Assembly (NCBI GenBank): GCA_964016885.1
Contig: OZ024746.1
Coordinates: 69,936,001 to 70,000,000 of the forward strand
Direction of reading: 5' to 3'
DNA from: Eledone cirrhosa
Lineage: Eukaryota
DNA: 64,000 bases
A model generated the notes under the pieces. That model was given only the letters and a program-made list of their open reading frames with translations. It did not search any database and was not told where the DNA came from. Within the stretch, counting starts at the first letter, position 1. Each line of letters begins with the position of its first letter. Below are positions 56,909 to 64,000 of the stretch, piece by piece. The translations under genes and the position numbers were made by a program.

Positions 56909-59739
56909 AGGCTTCTGCATTCTCCGTTGGCCAAATTTCACTCATAAGGCGTTGGTCGGTCCGTGACTATAGTAGAAGATATTTGTTCAATGGACCACGT
57001 ATTAGGGATTGAACCTGAGATCCGCGATGTTTACTGAACCCGAAACCCTATCGTTCAACCCACAACCAAATATTTATTGGTTTCTCTGCCTCCCATAGGA
57101 AATCATGCCTAAATATTGGCTTGGTAATCTCGAAATACGAATAAACCATACTTCAAACATCGATTAGCCGGCTGTACTCTATTTGTTTTGACTTTCTTTT
57201 GTTTTTAGAAGACTTCCATTGTTCTACGTGAAATAATTTTCAAAATGATCAAACATTAAATATGCTAATTGATTGTGTTATTGAATTAGAATTGAATTAT
57301 TGATCGATTGATTTACTGATTGCAATCATTTCTATTCTATTATAACTAGGCATAGACTAAGTATGTTATTATGTCATGTAGGATGTTTTATCATCTACGT
57401 AGGTGTTGTAACAAAGCTATTACCAAATTAAAGGGCACAAATTTATGTTTTTTTTTTTTTGCAGAAGGATTTTCATCACTTGAAGATAATCTACAACACT
57501 GGGAACATTTCCAATAATGTTTTTATTTTCTCGTATAATTTTATTCTCTTAAAATGTCAGCTCATTAATGTAAACATTATCAATAAATTCAGCAACGTTA
57601 ATTTCACTTTTAACCCTTTAAGTGTGGCAGTCGGTCGTCAGTTATCGATTTTGTGAAAGTATGCCGACAGATTCTGATTATCATGTCATTTTTAATAAGA
57701 TATAAAAATTCAGTTTTAAAATTCTATTCTATGTTTACGAGTTTTTGTCGCCATGTTTTGCAGTGAATTGAAATGACTGAAGATTCTACAGATACGTGTA
57801 CTCTTAAGATAATTCACGTGGTGGTTCAGCGTAGCACAGTGTAACGAGATCGTTGGTACAGGGAGTCTGATGGGTTTCCAAACAGTTCCCTCGTACTCAC
57901 TTTCATACATAGAGCTGGGGTAAATTTGAGGCTATGGTAAAATACACTTAATTAAGATGTCGCATTGTGAGATCGAAACTGGAACCTCCTAATTGTGAAG
58001 CGAGACGTTCTTTCGTTTGGAGATTTCATTAATTCACAAGACTAAAGACTAAAGAAACAGCCCCCACCTCGCCAAACTACAGACACTAATCTAGTGACTT
58101 AATTTATAGAAATCCTTCAGTGAAATAATGATTTCAGATTTTGGCACAAGGCCAACAATTTGAAGGGCGGGGAAAGTCGATTAAATCGACCCCAGTGCAT
58201 TACTGGTGCTTTATTTTATCGACCCCATAAGAATGAAATAATATTGCAGAGGTTAAGTTCACCTGGAAACAAAACAACTACAACTCACTTCTAGAATAAT
58301 ATAGGCTATGCTGTAAAGGTTCATATACATGTGAAGATCCATGGAGCCACAACACAAGAGTGTAGGAGGAGGAGAAGAAAGGATGGAAGTATTGCATAGA
58401 TTGGTTATTAGAAAATTTTTCACTGCGTTCTAAATCCGTGGATCATGGAAATATTTGCTGTTAATAACATAGCACAAATAACCAAACAGATACATATAGC
58501 ATATAGATGGTAAAAAAAAAAGACTTCAGATTGAAACAAAAGATGGAATTCTAAAAACCTAGACACATCCATATGAGAATATAAATTTCTAAAGAGTGTC
58601 GGACATTCCACATTTCTGTATGGGTCCAATATAGTTAATCAATGAGATAAACCAATATGGATACGGATACAAATGCAACAGGATGAAACTCAACCGTCTT
58701 TTTTATTTGTTGAACCCTATTTGGTCGCCGCAGATGACATAGAATGCATGATTTCAGCAAGGATATTACTATAACATTTCATTTTGAGCAAGGCACCAAG
58801 GGAACATTGAAGAAAAGACAATTAAGAAAAAATATGCTAATATCATATTAAATATAGACCTAGACACACATCAACTTAGCAGTTAATGAACTAGACAGAG
58901 TAAGTCACACATAAACGAATAAAAGTTTAGTAAGGAATATTTCAAAGGCATTACATTAAATTGTTAAAAAGAAGCGAATATGTATCAATATTTTAACGGT
59001 CATAGTAATAAGTTACAATAATGACATTCTTAACTGGAAGTTAACTGCATCAACAGAACTAGATTAGAAAACAAAGATTGAAATTAGAATATATTACCTA
59101 AAAGCCGACACACAAAGATTATACAACGACTTTACTCTTTAAGTAACACATACCTCACGTTATCTTCTACACCAACCACATGTCTCTCGGTACTCGTTCT
59201 TCACAACCCATACCTCTTTCTCTACACCATCCATTCATTGTGATCATTTCATCTACTTTCTCTATCCACTTTTCAACCCAAGCTTCGCTTTCATCTGTCA
59301 TTACATTACTTTAATACTCTATCCAAATATCTTTGTCCGAAATTTTAGACTTTTCACTTCTGACAACAACCACACTTATCAGCTACTGAACCTTTTAACT
59401 TCTCTCATTTCTCTAATACTGCTAGTATAATTAATGATTAATGATCATTTGTCTAATTCTCATAAACACAAATCCTGTGTTAAAATAGTATCCACATTTG
59501 TTACAACAAATGTGTGCTAAAATGGTTCACCCATTATTATATCCTTCTGTTTGACAGAACGTAGCCTATAATTACATCTGATGGAATCTCTAGAGGATTG
59601 AAATATAGAGAAAATCGATCAATAAACAAATATTAACCCACATCACAAAGATAAATAGTTTAAAACTGATTGTCATTTAAGACTCACTGTATGACCTAAA
59701 ATTTAACCAACTTGAAAAAACTCCGACCTCCACCCGTAA

Positions 59740-60150
59740 TAATTGTTTTATAATTTTGGTACAAGGCCAGCAACTGTACCAGTGCGTGACTGGTACTTTA
59801 TTTTATCGACCCCGTAAGGATGAAAGGCAAAGTTAACCTCGGTTAGTTTTGAACTCAGACCATAAAGGGCCGTAACTCTATACTGCAAAGCATGGCGTCT
59901 GACCCTCTAGCGATACTGCTAATCCACTCCACCCGTAATAATTGTTTCTACTTTAGGCACAAGGCCAATAATTTGTGGGGAGGGGACAGTCGAGTAAATC
60001 GATCCCAGTATGTTACTGGTGCTTTATTTTCTCGACCCCCGTACGGATGAAAGGCAAAGTTAACCTCGGCGGGATTTGAACCCAGATCATAAAGGGCCGT
60101 AACTCTATGCTGCAAAGCATGGCGTCCGACCCTCTACCGATACTGTCAAT
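59740..60150 (-). mobile_element. Tandem pair of Nin-like tRNA-derived SINEs
   Basis: Reverse complement of the 2662 family. Further decayed copies at ~41260-41390, 58130-58240 and 60900-61120. Confidence 0.8.
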
Positions 60151-60299
60151 CCACTCCACCTGTAATAATAATTGTAATAATGATTTTTTGTTAATAACAT
60201 TTATAGAAGTAAAATAGAAGTAAACATGATATAAAATATAAAATGAGTTGATGGAGTAAGATGGACTTCTGGTTGCTCGATCTACAGAACAGCCTACTC

Positions 60300-62320
60300 A
60301 TGAAATTAACATGTAAGTGGGTGAGTATTTTATAGACACGTGTACTCTTTACGCAATTTCTGAAAGATTCAGCGTGGCACAATGTGTAAGAAGGTTGACA
60401 CTTAAATTATAGATACAGTTTATCTGACAGTCTTCCAAACAATTTCAGTCTAGCCAATTTCCCTGAGAAGATATGGGCTGATCCAAGGCTATGATAAATG
60501 ACACTTGCCCATGAGGCCACACAGTGGGATCGAACATGGAGCCTAATTATTGCGAAGCGAACTTATATCACAGGAATGAAGAGATATTATAACAGAAGAT
60601 ATTCTAGAGCCATCACATGCAATCGACTATGACTTGGTAGTATGTAGCACGTTTTAGGTACCTATGCAGTTGCGAGCAGACACAGCCACCTTCTCAACCC
60701 TTTCTCCGACGATCCAACGGAACTTCTAGGATGTGACAGCAAGAAGGAAAGAGGGCTGAATCAACACCAGGCTGGTTATCTCTTTAGGAACCTTGACAGG
60801 CTGAAAAGCTAAACGGACAACGTCGAAAATCGAAGTCAGAAAGCCGGAACAAATATTCAACGCTCTAACGACTTTGCCAAATCGATCGACTTAACAGAAA
60901 ATACAATTGTTGCTAATTTAGGCACAAAGCCAGCAATTTAAAGGAAGGTGGAAGTCGATTAAATCGACCACAGTACTTGACTGGTACTATATTTCATCGA
61001 TCTCGGAAGGATGAAAAGCCAAGCTAACCTCGTCGAAATTAAAACTCAATGGTAAAACGCTGGAACAAATACCGTAAATTATTTTCACCGTTGCTCTACC
61101 AATTCTGCCAAATCGACTGCCTTGCATATATAATAGAAATAAGGAGAAGCAAAGGTAACTGAAAGATTTTTGAAAAAATAACGCCGAGAATATTTGCTTA
61201 AATTATATACATAACGTACACTGACACGGCTCAATATACATAATTTACACTGACACACGCCTCAATATACATAACTTACACTAAACATGGCTCAATATAC
61301 ATAACTTAACTGACCCACGGCCCAATATACATAACTTACACTGACACACAGCTCAATATACATAATTTATACTGACACACGACCCAATATACATAACTTG
61401 CACTAACACAGTGTTCAATGTTTTCATAAAATACGATACCTTCTTTAGAAGACTGACAAGAAGGAAAAATAATTCTCTTCGGAAAACATAAAAAATCCAA
61501 CAGAAAAACGAGTGAACTAACAAAAAGCAGGCTCAAATTTCTAGATGTTTTCGTATCTTTTACAATGGACTCACATTTAGACGAAATAAAAAGATGTCAA
61601 CAACTAAACTCCTACCTGAAGGGTATAAGTGTAACAGAAGATTGTCAATCGACAGTAAAGACCACTTATTAATGGAAGAGATAAATATCGAAAAAATAAC
61701 TCACATTCTAAATGAACAATAAAGCAAATGGATCTCCATCGTTTTAAACGATGAGTATTCAGTTGTTTAATCAACTGAACTGAAATGAACCACCGTCAGT
61801 TTTAACGACGAGTGTTCCCGTTGCTCGATTAATAGAACAACCTGCTCGTAAAATTAACGTAAAAAATGACTAAGCATTGCGCAGACATGTGAACCCTTAA
61901 TATAATTCTCATGGAAATTCAGCGTGACACTGTGTGACAAAGCTGACCTTTTGAATTACATGTACAATCCACTCAATGGGCTTCCAAAAAGTTCCCATCT
62001 ACCAAGTTTCACTCACAAGGCTTGGATCGACCAGCAGCTATTGTAAATTGTAATTCAGCTGAACTACCTACTCATTGAATAAGTTTGTTAGTACCTTTAA
62101 CAGAATTCTCAGGCAGAACAAGTGTGACAAAGTGTGTGATAAAACTGGTTCTTTGAATTACAGGTACAACCCATCCAATGGGTTTCCCCGCAGTTTTTCA
62201 TCTCCCCCTTTTTACTCATAAGGCTTGGGTCAATTCGAGGTTATGGTAAAAGACACTTGCAAAACACGCCACTTAATGTTATCACAGCTGGAATCTCGTG
62301 AACTTCTTAACCATTCGGCC
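60300..62320. repeat. Cluster of decayed copies of an interspersed repeat (gacacgtgtacccttaa..ttctca..ttcagcgtgacac..gtgtgacaa) joined to minus-strand SINE remnants
   Basis: Related segments at 2440-2640, 3330-3430, 57770-58000, 60300-60560 and 61840-62320. Confidence 0.6.
61205..61420 (+). repeat. 30-31-bp tandem repeat x~7
   Basis: ctcaatatacataacttacactgacacacg-like units. Confidence 0.85.
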
Positions 62321-63112
62321 ATGATACAACAAAAGTCAATCAATCTAAAAAAAAAATAATTAGTAACTATGCTTCCCTCAAATCAAACCTTTCTCTTTTT
62401 AAAAGTGAATGAGATGCTGATTAATCTAGTTCTGGCGTGAAAACGACTTGATTGTAGCGGTTGGCTTGTCTGTTGGATGAACGATCAGAGACTAAACAAC
62501 TACAAGAGAAACAGCTTTAAAAAGCCCTAAAAAAACTTCAGTTAGATTAACTCCCGCCACTTCTGTATTGTACTTTTCTCTATGAAGCACATCTATATAA
62601 CAATTACACCATGAAAGGACCAATAATTAAAAATATACACGAACAAAATCCTGTAAAATTAATTCCACATTTATCATTTAATTCTTGACCTGTTTGCCGT
62701 GGAATTGTTTCAGTAACCAGGTTGCACACAGTGTGACGAAAATATTGACATCAATAAACAAATGATAAATATAAAATGACTCTTTCACGTTGTAATTACT
62801 TCAGTTTCAACAAACGGTCTCAAATCTAGGGGCTTGTCAGACAACTACCACCCCGAAACACATTAAATCTGATAGGAAATACTAGTTCATCAGCTACACG
62901 AGCTAAAAGATATATACAAAATTCCAGTTTGAGAAAAAAATCAGATATCTTTTCCAGGCTGTAAAACCTAACATTAATACGTTTAAGAGCTCCGTAGGGA
63001 AAGCGGGTTAGTAATGGAGCATGTACGGGGCAATACTTTGGGAAACATAGCAAGGGTGTTGACGGCTGGTTGCGTATAATTCCACTGGACGAAAAAATAT
63101 ACCATTTGGTAG

Positions 63113-63215
63113 GACTTGACCTTGACATTTGATGTAACCTGATCTTGACATTTGATGTAACTTGACCATGACATTTGATGTAACTTGCCCTTGACATTTG
63201 ATGTAACTTGACCTT
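63113..63215 (+). repeat. 23-bp tandem repeat x~4.5 (acttgaccttgacatttgatgta)
   Basis: Direct reading. Confidence 0.88.
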
Positions 63216-64000
63216 TAAGTATGAGTCTCAGCTACCAAGGCAACGAAGGCAGAGAAACCATGATTAGGGGATTCTTTACCTGTTCTCACTCCCAAATTTT
63301 ATAATCTGTAGCAAACAACCGGAAACACCATTACACACTAGAAATAGCTACAAAAAAGGAAATGAAAACACAAACTGTTGAATGAAGTTAATGACAAAGC
63401 CTCCTTTTGGAAATAGAACATATGACCTTATGATCGTAAGCTCAACACCATTAGGCCAGGAGCCTTCACTATAATAGCGAAACTATTATAAAACAAAAAC
63501 CAAACAACACAAGATTACAATATATCATGTTAAGACGTTGCTGAAGAAATTCACCACAAATACCTGACCAAATTGGGTAAAGAAGAAAATCTCTTATTTG
63601 AACAACCTACTACAATATTATCGTTTGGATGTTCAGTTCTAATTAGACTCACACTGTTAACTCACTCATTTCACTTTTAAATGAAGCCTCGTTCTATGTG
63701 AAACAACGGCTGAGATATCACGCATCTATGTTCTGTTAATAAATTAGCTGCCATTTTGAAACGGCTTTTTGGTTTTCCATCTCATGGCATCCTCACATTT
63801 GGCTTTGCTAAATTGAAAATGAGATACTTTCTTTCCCACTGATGTGATTTGATTACATTTGTAACGCATTGAAAGAAAGAATGTGTATAAACTCACCATT
63901 AAAGTCTGTTTCTCTGACTATAGAACAATAGAGAGAGTTACTATTTTTAGGACAAGGGGTCGGAGTAGGTGGTGACTGTTCACATTCACTGTAATATTCA

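Overview
Eukaryotic, AT-rich, repeat-saturated window with no confidently identifiable host gene. The SINE families and very dense (TA)n/(CA)n/(TATG)n microsatellites suggest a cephalopod, probably Octopus (inference). It holds non-LTR retrotransposons of four clades: RTE (3.8-6.5 kb), Tx1/L1 (6.7-10.7 kb), two R4/Dong-like RLE elements (25.4-27.8 kb, 48.8-49.1 kb) and CR1 (43.1-45.4 kb). It also holds two Penelope-like elements (RT + GIY-YIG; 37.7-40.6 kb and a Hydra-like one at 53.0-56.5 kb), many tRNA-derived SINEs and an 8-kb 30/33-bp minisatellite. The most striking layer is a set of short cassettes in (TA)n tracts, often folded back as long inverted repeats, that carry hammerhead ribozyme (HHR) cores. 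One cassette type (4 copies, 2 divergent families) has the HHR core segments in the non-circular order UH -> GAAA -> CUGAUGA. Six helices covary between the two families, making it a candidate rearranged, pseudoknotted hammerhead; one locus is a 495-bp-period direct repeat resembling a retrozyme. All structures were read by eye; nothing was computed or searched.
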